The notes beneath the pieces are model-generated. The model was given only the letters and a program-made list of their open reading frames with translations. It was not told where the DNA came from and ran no database searches. A stretch of 64,000 nucleotides of DNA from an uncultured delta proteobacterium (GTDB lineage: Bacteria; Desulfobacterota; Zymogenia; Zymogenales; Zymogenaceae): NCBI GenBank assembly GCA_963735595.1, contig CAVTLK010000005.1:672001-736000 (forward strand), given 5' to 3'. The position numbers and the translations under genes were made by a program. Below, one piece after another: positions 54,240-63,438 of this stretch. Position 1 is the stretch's first letter; each line of letters begins with the position of its first letter.

Positions 54240-55295
54240 CTAACGGGATTGGTCCAGCGCTCCAACGGCCCCGGGAGCTTTCATCGTTTCCATGAGGCGC
54301 TGCCTGATCAACGCCTTCGGTGCGAGGAAGATCGAACCATCGGGGATTGGCTCGTTGTAAGAAGTCAGGGGTGTTTTAACGAACTCGTCGAAGCGGGAGG
54401 GGTCCACCGGATAAAACGGTCGGATAACCGCCTCGATACCATAATCGAATTCGTTCTTGATGAGGTTCGAATAGGGTGAGAAATAGCCGTACTCCTCGAG
54501 CTGCTCGGCGAAAACGGGGTCCTCTCCCCCCTTAACGCAAAACATAATATGGCTGATGTAGCTGGTTGGGTAGTTTGTCTGATTGTAGAGACCCACTACG
54601 ATGTCTCCTTCCCGGGGGATATATTGAAAGCTATCTACCCGTGGAAGCCTGACCCGTACGGGGAATTCTTTCTTATGTTCCTTCCAATAGACGAAGGCAT
54701 CCAGGCCGGTTTCCGGGTTCTTCTTCATGGCGACAATCCACCGCTTATTGTATGTCCGCTCGAAGTAGATCCACGAAAACTCGGCGTAATTAAGATCCAT
54801 GTAGTCATAGAAGGAATAGAAGTTCCGGCGGCGTGCCTTATTCATGGATGACTCGAGGCTTCCAGCCCATGTCAGTTCAAGCTTTCCTCGCATCACGTCA
54901 GTGAAAACGGCGCCCCAGTAAAGCATCTCCACCGCGTTCGCGTACCCGAATTCGCGCGCCAACGCGATAACCCACTTGGGATAGTTCATCTGGACTCCGC
55001 CGAGGCAGTTCGGTCGTTCGTCTTCCGGTGTCACTCGGAGTTCAAAATGACCCAGAGAGAATGTGTCCCAGAAGGGGGTGCGATAGAAGGGGAACTCTTT
55101 GCCCAATGGCTCAAAGGGGAGACTCGCGTGGGTTATAATCGTATCGCGGATGTAGGGATTCGGGCTCTCCTGAATAAGTCCAATACTATCCGGGGGTGGC
55201 GTGGCCGCCGTCTCGGAGGGTCTACCCAGTAACGTTGCACACCCGACGAGCAGGGGTAAGATGAGAACGATAGGCAATACAACAAAACGGCGCAT
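54240..55295 (-). CDS. Hypothetical lipoprotein
   Basis: MRRFVVLPIVLILPLLVGC signal with lipobox. Confidence 0.6.
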   Translation of the reverse strand: MRRFVVLPIVLILPLLVGCATLLGRPSETAATPPPDSIGLIQESPNPYIRDTIITHASLPFEPLGKEFPFYRTPFWDTFSLGHFELRVTPEDERPNCLGGVQMNYPKWVIALAREFGYANAVEMLYWGAVFTDVMRGKLELTWAGSLESSMNKARRRNFYSFYDYMDLNYAEFSWIYFERTYNKRWIVAMKKNPETGLDAFVYWKEHKKEFPVRVRLPRVDSFQYIPREGDIVVGLYNQTNYPTSYISHIMFCVKGGEDPVFAEQLEEYGYFSPYSNLIKNEFDYGIEAVIRPFYPVDPSRFDEFVKTPLTSYNEPIPDGSIFLAPKALIRQRLMETMKAPGAVGALDQSR

Positions 55296-55512
55296 AACCG
55301 CCGGGCCAGGTAATCCGGTGACGGCCATCCCCGTGTCAACGCTCTTCGAGAACACGCGGGATTCGCGCCGTCCGAGACGTCGGCCTTGTCTGGTTTGTTT
55401 CTGGATCTCTCTCATAGTCTAAAACCGGTAAATAGTATCAAATGATTGGCGCCAGATAATCGGTCTAAGAGTTCGGGGAATAACTGAGCTACTGATTACG
55501 TACTTCGAACCG

Positions 55513-56739
55513 CTACCGCACGTTCTTGTCGGCGTAAAGGCGCTCCTCACAGTGTTTGATCATATCGCCGACCTGAAGCTGGAAGTCCTTATTGATCAGG
55601 TCCAACGAGCGCTCATCCATAAAACCCTGTGCAACTGAACGGGCCTTGTCGTATTCCCCCAGGTTAAAATAGGCCTGGTAGAGAAGCTCCATGAACTGGA
55701 AGTGAAGTTTCTCCGCAAGCCTTTTATCCTTTACCTGGTACCAGAGTTTTTGTTCGTAGTGCATTGAGGTCCGACTAATGACTTTGCGGTCCTCTTTCCC
55801 GAGAAATCGCTTATTGTAGGTAATGATCCCCGAAAGGTATTGGGACATCGGTGCCTCTTCCTCTTGATTCTCCTTCATCTCCTCCATGTCTTTTTGGGCT
55901 TCCTCATTCTTTTCCATGTTCCTTTTCTGTTCGTTGAGGACGGTATCGATCGTCTCGGGAGTGAGCTTGATATCCTTGAGGCTTGACATGTAGTCATTTG
56001 GTTGCATAAGGAGGGTGATATCGTTCAGACCGTTGGCAAGGTAAAGGTCAGACACCTGAACCATTACCTCGAAGGGCATATTGGTCTCGACTATTTCGTG
56101 GGAAACGAATAGGAGCGCCCGGCCCAATGTGGGGTATTCCTTGAAAAGAGGGTAGTTGCGCATAATCTCGGAGGCAATGAAAAAGGCCTGGTTGTGCGAT
56201 CGCTGGGGGTCACCCATCCCATATGCCTTGCGGGAGCGGAGAACCTGCAGAGTTTTTTCTCCATTATAGCCGAGCTTCTCGAAGAGCGCCTCCGCCTCGG
56301 AAAAACCGACGATAATGTAATAATCGACGTGAACCTCGAGGTAATCCTGGACGGCCTTAATGGTTCCCTCACGACCCTCAAGCGAGTATGTGTTGGCGAT
56401 GATCTCTTTACCATCCATTATTTTTTCGCTCATGGTCCCCCGGGGAATCGAGGTGATTCTAATTTTTCCCTGATAGGGGAGGAGCGTCATGAGATGAATG
56501 GCATCGGCCCTTCGATCGTGTTGGCCTCGACGGCCGTCGAGGCCGAGAATGAGGACGTTAATCCGTTTTGGGGACGCCGGGAGATCCGGGAGAAACACAA
56601 GCTTCTCGAGGAGCTCATGATAGTAAACGATCTTGCCTTTCCAATCGGTAAACCAGTTGCCGGCCAGCGCCGATCCGGGAACGACGGACAGAATAAGGAG
56701 GACAGCAACAAAGATGGATGTTTTCTTAATTGAGTTCAT
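55513..56739 (-). CDS. LCP (LytR-CpsA-Psr) family protein
   Basis: NVLILGLDGR, RADAI, SIPR and R.R...GD..R..NQ. Confidence 0.8.
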   Translation of the reverse strand: MNSIKKTSIFVAVLLILSVVPGSALAGNWFTDWKGKIVYYHELLEKLVFLPDLPASPKRINVLILGLDGRRGQHDRRADAIHLMTLLPYQGKIRITSIPRGTMSEKIMDGKEIIANTYSLEGREGTIKAVQDYLEVHVDYYIIVGFSEAEALFEKLGYNGEKTLQVLRSRKAYGMGDPQRSHNQAFFIASEIMRNYPLFKEYPTLGRALLFVSHEIVETNMPFEVMVQVSDLYLANGLNDITLLMQPNDYMSSLKDIKLTPETIDTVLNEQKRNMEKNEEAQKDMEEMKENQEEEAPMSQYLSGIITYNKRFLGKEDRKVISRTSMHYEQKLWYQVKDKRLAEKLHFQFMELLYQAYFNLGEYDKARSVAQGFMDERSLDLINKDFQLQVGDMIKHCEERLYADKNVR

Positions 56740-56811
56740 TTCCTTCCGCAACTTTCCGAGTATAGACCTTTAATTATATAATCACTTTCCGGTAAAAGTC
56801 AAGCAGATCAA

Positions 56812-57066
56812 TTAATTTTTCCTAATACGGGGATCACCCGTCTCCAACCGGCCGGTCACTCGTCGCCTAAAATGACGCTCTATCTTCTTAATCCGATGAC
56901 TGACCGCTGATTGGCTAAGGTTGAGCTTTCGGGCGATCCATTCCTGACTCTTACCGGCCCGGTGCATCAGCCAAACGAACAGATCATCGTCGGGGAGTTC
57001 CATAAGGGCCTTTTCGTATCGAGAGAAGAAGGTTTCCGATGGGAGGTAGCAATCGGGATTAAACAT
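56812..57066 (-). CDS. Small sigma70-region-4-like HTH protein (Cro position of the switch)
   Basis: GKSQEWIARKLNLSQSAVSHRIKKI; RBS AGGAG; paralog of 38703-38933. Confidence 0.75.
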   Translation of the reverse strand: MFNPDCYLPSETFFSRYEKALMELPDDDLFVWLMHRAGKSQEWIARKLNLSQSAVSHRIKKIERHFRRRVTGRLETGDPRIRKN

Positions 57067-57098
57067 ATACTGACTCCTTTTGTGTATGACCGGACGAT

Positions 57099-57266
57099 AC
57101 AATATGAAATAGTTCCCAATATGTCAACACGAGTCTTAGTCGATATCCCACTTATGGCAACTATTTGCTCTGGAATATTCCCAATACGTCAACTAATCCC
57201 CGATTATCTCGACTTATTTAGGTGTGTACGAATATAGTTGACATAACAGAAACTTACTACTACTAT
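57099..57266. promoter_or_regulatory. Divergent promoters with repeated 17-bp operators
   Basis: Leftward TTGACA(57127-57122)-17-TATTGT; rightward TTGACA(57238-57243)-17-TACTAT(57261). Operator-like 17-mers at 57112-57128, 57145-57161, 57177-57193 and, inverted, 57237-57253. Confidence 0.75.
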
Positions 57267-57272
57267 GGTACT

Positions 57273-57821
57273 ATGAGCGACGGAGAAAATATTAAGAATA
57301 TACGAAGAAAGAAGGGATTAACCCAGGAAGAGCTCGGGGGGTTGTTAGGCGTCGGGAAATCGGCCGTCAGCCGGTGGGAATCGGGCGAGCGAGAGGTGAC
57401 GCTGGGTACGATGCGAGGCATCGCCACCGCCCTCGGCGTCCCCCTCGAATGGCTGGTGGAAGGGCTCGACTCTTCGGATGACCCTCCTATAGACGAGCAA
57501 AACCGCGGCATTCGTAAGAAAGATGGTACTATCTATGATTCAGGGCAGCTCAACGTCAGATCGAACGTGGACGAAGCATCGCACCGGATACCCGACGCGG
57601 CGGACCCCGATCATATTGGAGCCGTCTCGGAAAGGCAGGAGAATTTCAACGATCGGTCCCAAATATACCTCACCATACCCCGGATTGATGATCCCGAACT
57701 GATATCGGCTTTCGAGGGTTTCAAGGAATTGGATAAACTGACTCCGTCTGATATCGACGACATCAAGGCGATTCTAAAGATCGCCCAGCGGATTATCGAG
57801 AAACGGAGAAAGCTGGAGTAG
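57273..57821 (+). CDS. XRE/cI-like helix-turn-helix repressor (probably leaderless)
   Basis: IKNIRRKKGLTQEELG.LLGVGKSAVSRWESGER. The ATG lies 7 nt after the -10 box and there is no RBS. Confidence 0.88.
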   Translation: MSDGENIKNIRRKKGLTQEELGGLLGVGKSAVSRWESGEREVTLGTMRGIATALGVPLEWLVEGLDSSDDPPIDEQNRGIRKKDGTIYDSGQLNVRSNVDEASHRIPDAADPDHIGAVSERQENFNDRSQIYLTIPRIDDPELISAFEGFKELDKLTPSDIDDIKAILKIAQRIIEKRRKLE

Positions 57822-57977
57822 TCAAAGGACGGTGCCGGAAGCGGAGCGGTAAGGCAATCCGATAGGATTCAGATTTGGCGCGTAACGCCGGGTCGGGCAT
57901 CGGGGGATATCACACCCCTCGCGGCCGATCGTCTTAAAAGTTTCAGGAATACTATTCCTTCACGGAAACATACGTCC

Positions 57978-59660
57978 ATGAAGTTCCTTGATGCACACGA
58001 GATTACGATGCAGAACCTTCTCCTGGATAAAAACCGGGCATATAAGGTTCCGATCTATCAACGGCCTTACGTCTGGAACGAAGAACAATGGCAGGAGCTT
58101 TACGACGACCTGCTGGGGTTGGCCGATTCAGATGTCCATTTCCTGGGTTCCGTGGTCGTTGTAAGCGATCAGAAGACAAGTGCCGCCGTGGAATATTACC
58201 AGGTCGTAGATGGGCAACAACGCCTGGCCACGATCCTGATATGGTTGGCGGCCCTGCGGGACTCCCTCAGGCAACGCGGCGAAACGGAGCTGGCCGACTA
58301 CCTGACCGGTTTCCTCTTTATCACCCAATACAGCGACGGGCAGTTCATCAGGATTCCGAAACTCACTCTCGGCGAATTCGACAACCCGCTCTTTCAGGAA
58401 ATCCTCGAGGGGACCCCCCTCCGAGCGAACGAGAGCCTCCTGAATAAATGCTATGCCTATTACCGTGATAAGAACGAGGAAGATATTCTATCCGGCCTCC
58501 TCAATAAGATTTCCATCGTACATATCAATGTATTTTCACATCTCAACGCCTTCCGGCTTTTCGATACCCTCAACGATCGAGGGTTGGAGCTTTCCTCCGT
58601 TGATCTGGTCAAGAACTTCCTGCTCATGAAGGTATCCGGTATACGCGAGATATTCGACGAAACTATCTTCTTGTGGAACGAGATGTTCACAAGGGTCAGG
58701 GATAAGGACCCGGTTAAGTTCCTCAGACGCTACGTGCTGTCCCGGTTTAAGGGAAAGGTCCCCGAGGCCCGCCTCTATGAGAAGATTATAGTTGCCCTCG
58801 CTCATGCCGAACCGGCCGACATTAAGGCCTTTACCGCCGATATGGCCGAAAAGGCGGCAATCTACGATAAGATCGTTCGGGCCGGGTTTTCGTCGGAGGC
58901 CGTAAACCGACGCCTTAAGAATCTCCACCTTGTTGAGGTAACGCCTTCTTATTCCCTTCTCCTTCCGGTTTTTTCGGCTTTTGAGGCCGGGACTCGAAAT
59001 ATATCCGAGCAAGACGTTTGCGATATCCTTCGCGCCATCGAGGCGTTCCACATTCGCTGGGGGATCTCCGGCCGCTTTACCGGAAACCTTGATCAAATAT
59101 ACAACACGATCTGTCTCGAGCTTGCGGGCCACGACCCATCCCAATATCGCGAGTTCATTACAAATACGCTCGCAGAGGAATTGCTGGAAAACGGCATTGA
59201 TGACAGAACGTTTGCCCGCAGCTTCATCACCCGACCCTTCAAAGGTAACGAGTCTCGGACTAAATATATACTCTTGACGCTTTCGCAGCTCATGAAACCG
59301 GACGAACAGCCGGTGGATGTCGGCCTTGTTACCACCGAACACATCATGCCGGTGGTGCTTGGAACGCGGTGGCGGGAAGAACTTATCAATGAAGTGAGAT
59401 CAAAAGATGAGATTCTCAAGCTTCATCGGGAAAACATGGGTCGTATCGGGAACTTAACCCTCGTCACCGGAGACTGGAATTTGGGGCACTCCAACCGTGC
59501 ATTCTCCGAGAAAAAGGAGAAGAAATACTACTGGGACACGGAGCTTGCTATTACTAATACCTTGTTGAGTTACGACCGATGGGGATTCGAACAGATCGAT
59601 CGACGGAGCCGTGAGCTCTTTGATCTTGTAAAAAAGAGCCGGCTTTGGAAAATCGCGTAA
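57978..59660 (+). CDS. DUF262 + DUF1524 (HNH) protein, GmrSD/SspE-like defence nuclease
   Basis: VPIYQRPYVW, DGQQR, FDTLNDRG, EHIMP and IGNL.L...N...SN..F..KK. Confidence 0.85.
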   Translation: MKFLDAHEITMQNLLLDKNRAYKVPIYQRPYVWNEEQWQELYDDLLGLADSDVHFLGSVVVVSDQKTSAAVEYYQVVDGQQRLATILIWLAALRDSLRQRGETELADYLTGFLFITQYSDGQFIRIPKLTLGEFDNPLFQEILEGTPLRANESLLNKCYAYYRDKNEEDILSGLLNKISIVHINVFSHLNAFRLFDTLNDRGLELSSVDLVKNFLLMKVSGIREIFDETIFLWNEMFTRVRDKDPVKFLRRYVLSRFKGKVPEARLYEKIIVALAHAEPADIKAFTADMAEKAAIYDKIVRAGFSSEAVNRRLKNLHLVEVTPSYSLLLPVFSAFEAGTRNISEQDVCDILRAIEAFHIRWGISGRFTGNLDQIYNTICLELAGHDPSQYREFITNTLAEELLENGIDDRTFARSFITRPFKGNESRTKYILLTLSQLMKPDEQPVDVGLVTTEHIMPVVLGTRWREELINEVRSKDEILKLHRENMGRIGNLTLVTGDWNLGHSNRAFSEKKEKKYYWDTELAITNTLLSYDRWGFEQIDRRSRELFDLVKKSRLWKIA

Positions 59661-59762
59661 GACGAGTCCCCACCTTCTCACGTTAGAAACGGAGAAAACC
59701 GGCCGGTCGAGTGGCCACGGAGATATTCGTGGAATGTTGTGAATCGAAATGGAGATAATCAG

Positions 59763-59969
59763 ATGGTACTATTTCTGCTGCTTATTATCGTCGCTGCGGT
59801 AGTTCTCTATATCTTGTATACCCAGGGGAAGCTCGGCACCGGGGACAAAGACCCTCTCAATGTCTTCAAGAAGAAGGAAACGCCGCGGGAAGTCCTGGAC
59901 AGGAGATTTGCCGCCGGCGAGATTGGAGAAGAAGAATACCGACGGATGAAGAAAACACTCGAAGAGTAG
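59763..59969 (+). CDS. SHOCT-domain small membrane protein
   Basis: TM helix followed by PREVLDRRFAAGEIGEEEY. Confidence 0.75.
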   Translation: MVLFLLLIIVAAVVLYILYTQGKLGTGDKDPLNVFKKKETPREVLDRRFAAGEIGEEEYRRMKKTLEE

Positions 59970-60137
59970 TAAAGCTTCGCTATAGCACGACCGACCCTCC
60001 GGTGCCCTCAAAGCGAACGGCGGCCCCGGCCCGTTATGCTCGGACGGGCCGGGCAATACTCGACTATTGCAAACGCCGTTTGTCGCCCCGAGTTCCCTCG
60101 CCTTCAGTTATCAATACCGGCTTGCCCGGACCTTTAT

Positions 60138-60725
60138 CTACCCGCGCCCAAATCGGTTGAGATGGAGGATCCGTTCCATCGTCCGCTTCGGTACCCGGTG
60201 GGAACCCGCCTCATCCTGATAATACCGAACGTCGCTTCCTTGGGTATCCTCGGCCGCCGGCTTCTGAGCCGGATATCCCACCGCGATCATCGCGTCAATC
60301 TCGTATCCGGCGGGGATCGCCAGTAGACTGCGAATTTGATCACGATCGATATTGCGGATGAAGCACGCGCCAAGACCGTGCGCAACGGCAGCCAACAGCG
60401 CGTTTTGAACGGCGCATCCAACATCGTATTCATACCCGGATTTCATGATCGTCGTATTGACGAGCACCGCGATATAGGCGGCCGGGCGTACCTCGGCCAC
60501 CGGCCGCTCCTTCTGCGGTAACAGCGCGCCCATCCGGGTATATGGAAAGAGCCCGGAGACCGTGATTTCATCATCGACGACGATATATTCGAGGGGCTGA
60601 AGGTTAACCGCCGATGGGGCAAGCCGGGCGGCGTTCACCATCTCCAGGAGTAAGGCCCGATCCACCAGCCTTTGATCATACCTGCGAATGCTCCGTCTGG
60701 TACGGATCGCAGAGATTACGTCCAT
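60138..60725 (-). CDS. Nitroreductase family protein
   Basis: RRSIRRY, APSAVNLQP, GLGAC and AVGYP. Confidence 0.9.
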   Translation of the reverse strand: MDVISAIRTRRSIRRYDQRLVDRALLLEMVNAARLAPSAVNLQPLEYIVVDDEITVSGLFPYTRMGALLPQKERPVAEVRPAAYIAVLVNTTIMKSGYEYDVGCAVQNALLAAVAHGLGACFIRNIDRDQIRSLLAIPAGYEIDAMIAVGYPAQKPAAEDTQGSDVRYYQDEAGSHRVPKRTMERILHLNRFGRG

Positions 60726-60811
60726 AATTTCTCCACTTCATATGTCGTTAAACTTCTTACGTATTCTGCTTCGTAAGCCTAATGTATCGGTTATAAAATG
60801 TCCATCGAAAT

Positions 60812-60826
60812 TCATATTCTCAATAG
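60812..60826 (+). promoter_or_regulatory. Leader motif shared with the terminase operon (TCATATTCTCAATAG)
   Basis: 13/15 identical to 38637-38651. Confidence 0.5.
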
Positions 60827-60881
60827 TCCGACCGCCCCAGCCGTACAATGATCATCAAGAATATCTTGGAGAGGAGTACGT

Positions 60882-61592
60882 ATGGTTGATGCTAACAGGT
60901 TTAGTATTTCAAGGCCGTCGGCGATTGCTGCCGATCCCGCACTAATCCGTTCGGGTATCGAGCCGGCGGCATCTGGCGGTGGCGCGCCGTCCGGTGGTGA
61001 TGCGGTAGAAACGGGTGATGGTTTTGATACTGCGCCGCTGGAGCGGCTGGTCCAGCTACTGGAGGCCCTTGCGGAACGGATTGAGACCCTCACTGAATTG
61101 ATGGCGCCGCTTGGCGAGAAACCGTGTGCGGACGGGGATAGCTCTTCGAGGGAGGTGATAGCCCGGGAAATTGAAGCGGCCGCCGACGCGCTGATCTACA
61201 CGGATTTTTTCCAGAAGGCCGTTGAACTCGGAATGAGCCCTAACATGGTTGCCGACGCCTATAAACTTGCCGACCTGACGGGCATAACGGCTAATCTGGA
61301 GACCAAGGAGGTAATTGGTACGAATGCGGCGGTCAATACCCTTCTTGAGAAGAGGCCGTATCTTTTCATCGTCCATCAGGTCGACATCGGAACGGAGACC
61401 AATCCAGTTAAAGGGCCGTCTTCTCATCCTGACGAGGTTGAGGGCCTGGCGCGGACGCTCGGAGTAAGCCCTGAGTTCGCCGCCGCGCTTGTCAGGAAAA
61501 GGTCGGACAAAGTGCGCGGCGATGTGGCGCTCTCCGACATATGGAGGATCCCGCGCGCCAACAGGCTTTCGTTTCTCGAAAACAAAGAATAG
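60882..61592 (+). CDS. Phage capsid scaffolding-like protein
   Basis: Coiled-coil, then A..LG.....DAYKLADL..I......V.G..AAV..LLEKRPYLF scaffold-type motif; located upstream of the capsid genes. Confidence 0.65.
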   Translation: MVDANRFSISRPSAIAADPALIRSGIEPAASGGGAPSGGDAVETGDGFDTAPLERLVQLLEALAERIETLTELMAPLGEKPCADGDSSSREVIAREIEAAADALIYTDFFQKAVELGMSPNMVADAYKLADLTGITANLETKEVIGTNAAVNTLLEKRPYLFIVHQVDIGTETNPVKGPSSHPDEVEGLARTLGVSPEFAAALVRKRSDKVRGDVALSDIWRIPRANRLSFLENKE

Positions 61593-61610
61593 TCCTAAAG
61601 AGGAGTACAC

Positions 61611-62087
61611 ATGGCAACTTACATGAAATATGGTTACAGCTACGGTCCCCGGGTCGTTGTCACGGCCAGAGTGGCGGATACCGGCACGATTGATGACGGC
61701 GATATCGTCGTCTTGGACGCGGTGGGTGGGGCCGCCGGAGCTGGATACATCAAGAAGTGGAGCGCCGCGTCCGATCCCATCGTGGGTGTCGCTCTTGAAA
61801 AGGTCGAGCAGAAGCCCGATGCAGACGGCGATGAATCCATACAAATCGTGCTGGCGATACCGGGTAGCGTCTTCGTTTATCCCGCCCAGGGCGTCGGGCG
61901 GGGCCATTGCTTCCAGACCTGCGATATCAACGGGCCCCAGTCGGTGAACATTGCGGCCGATACCTACAAGAACGCCTGGATCATCGAGGTTGACGAGGAA
62001 ATGGGTTTGGCCTATGCGATGCTGAAGGGGCCGTTTTCGGAAAACGATACCGGATCGGACATCGACTACGGCACGGCAGGTGCCTAA
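61611..62087 (+). CDS. Putative capsid decoration/cement protein
   Basis: I..GDIVVL....GYI.......IVGVA pattern, immediately upstream of the MCP. Confidence 0.55.
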   Translation: MATYMKYGYSYGPRVVVTARVADTGTIDDGDIVVLDAVGGAAGAGYIKKWSAASDPIVGVALEKVEQKPDADGDESIQIVLAIPGSVFVYPAQGVGRGHCFQTCDINGPQSVNIAADTYKNAWIIEVDEEMGLAYAMLKGPFSENDTGSDIDYGTAGA

Positions 62088-62108
62088 TAACACAATAGGA
62101 GAACGTGT

Positions 62109-63092
62109 ATGGGAATTATGGTATCAGGCAATTTTCCCGAGCTTCTTACCCAGGATCTCTACGAATGGTATTTCGAATCATACGACGCCGAAGGAACGGT
62201 CTATGACAAGATCGTCGAGGTCGTGCCGGTATCGACGGGAGACGGGATAAAGGGTACCGAGGTTATCGGGGTTTCCCGGCTCAAGGAAGTCCCGGATGGG
62301 CAGGAGATACCGCTCACCGAACCCTCCGAGGGATGGACCTGGTATATCAAGTTCAAGACGTACAAGGACCAAATCGCGCTTACCGACGATATGCTGAGTG
62401 ACCTCAATGCGGGGAAACTTAACGCCGATCTCATGGAATTTGCCAGGGGCTGGGGCGAAGGAGTCAGGATTACCGAAGAGGAGGCGGTTGCCCGAGTCTT
62501 CAATAAGGGTGCGATGGGGGCCGGCGACCGTATCGCGTTTAACGGCTCGTTCACCAACAACGACGATCCGTATCCGAAGTTCATTTACGACGGAAAGGGA
62601 TTCTTTGGGGCCGGGGCGGACGGCCACCCCTTTAAGCTCAAAGGCTCAGTCAGACTGAATAACCTCACTACGAGCCTGGATATGAGCTACGATACTATCC
62701 AGACCGTCTATTCGGCGATGGCCGTTACCAATGCGGTAAACGAGCGGGGAGAGCGGGTCAAGATCGAGCCCAATGTTATCGTTACCAATCCCAAGAACCG
62801 ATTTGTCCTTGATCAGATTCTACAGTCCGTCTACGAGATAGACGCCTACGGGAACAAGAATGTCCTGGAAGGGATGTTTACACCGGTTTACTGGCGGTAT
62901 ATCGAAGACGATAACGCCTGGTACATGGGCGTGGCTCGTCGGGGTGTTCGTTTCTATGACCGCCAGCCGGCCAAGATCACTGTCTACCGTGACGAGGCCA
63001 CCGATACCTGGTTTGCCAAGATAAAACGACGTTTCGGTGTTGGCGTGGTCCAGTGGCGCTATTGGTACGCGTGTAACGTGGCCACAAGTTGA
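62109..63092 (+). CDS. Major capsid protein (HK97 fold, Mu gpT-like family)
   Basis: L.EVPDG.EIP, TY...I.LT..M..D, YDGK.FF...HP, ERGE...I.P..IV, AWY and RFG.G...WR..Y; 327 aa. Confidence 0.85.
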   Translation: MGIMVSGNFPELLTQDLYEWYFESYDAEGTVYDKIVEVVPVSTGDGIKGTEVIGVSRLKEVPDGQEIPLTEPSEGWTWYIKFKTYKDQIALTDDMLSDLNAGKLNADLMEFARGWGEGVRITEEEAVARVFNKGAMGAGDRIAFNGSFTNNDDPYPKFIYDGKGFFGAGADGHPFKLKGSVRLNNLTTSLDMSYDTIQTVYSAMAVTNAVNERGERVKIEPNVIVTNPKNRFVLDQILQSVYEIDAYGNKNVLEGMFTPVYWRYIEDDNAWYMGVARRGVRFYDRQPAKITVYRDEATDTWFAKIKRRFGVGVVQWRYWYACNVATS

Positions 63093-63110
63093 TTGGGTAC
63101 TATTTTTGGT

Positions 63111-63128
63111 GGGGAGGGAAACCTCCCC
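63111..63128 (+). other. GNRA-tetraloop hairpin after the major capsid gene
   Basis: GGGGAGG-GAAA-CCTCCCC. Confidence 0.7.
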
Positions 63129-63150
63129 CGTTGCTATTAAGGAGACGGGC

Positions 63151-63438
63151 ATGGCGATTATCAGCGATATTCAGGTTTCGAAACACGGTTGGTTTTCCAA
63201 CGATGTTATTAAGGCACTCACCGATTCGTTCGTGGAGTTTGAATTCGGGTTCGCCTCTTTTTCCATCACGGTTTTCAATGACGCCGAGAGCGGTTGGATC
63301 GAATACTCGTTTGACGGACCTAACGCTAATGGAAGGGTAATGCCGGGGGAAACGCGGAAGATGGACTTCTGCCGTCACGGGGCGATATGGCTGCGGGGGG
63401 AGAGCGGGGCCGAACCCTATCGCTTGGAGGTCTACTGA
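63151..63438 (+). CDS. Small beta-rich hypothetical protein in the capsid operon
   Basis: RBS AAGGAG; 95 aa; its TGA overlaps the next ATG. Confidence 0.65.
   Translation: MAIISDIQVSKHGWFSNDVIKALTDSFVEFEFGFASFSITVFNDAESGWIEYSFDGPNANGRVMPGETRKMDFCRHGAIWLRGESGAEPYRLEVY

Noticed and set aside
57112..57253. Mini CRISPR array
   Set aside because: The repeats are 17 bp and degenerate, one is inverted, the spacers are only 15-16 bp, they overlap -35 boxes, and there are no cas genes. They fit operators better.
62109..63092. Encapsulin nanocompartment
   Set aside because: The motifs fit a phage Mu-gpT-like MCP. It is accompanied by scaffold, decoration and gpW-like genes, with terminase and portal nearby and no cargo enzyme.
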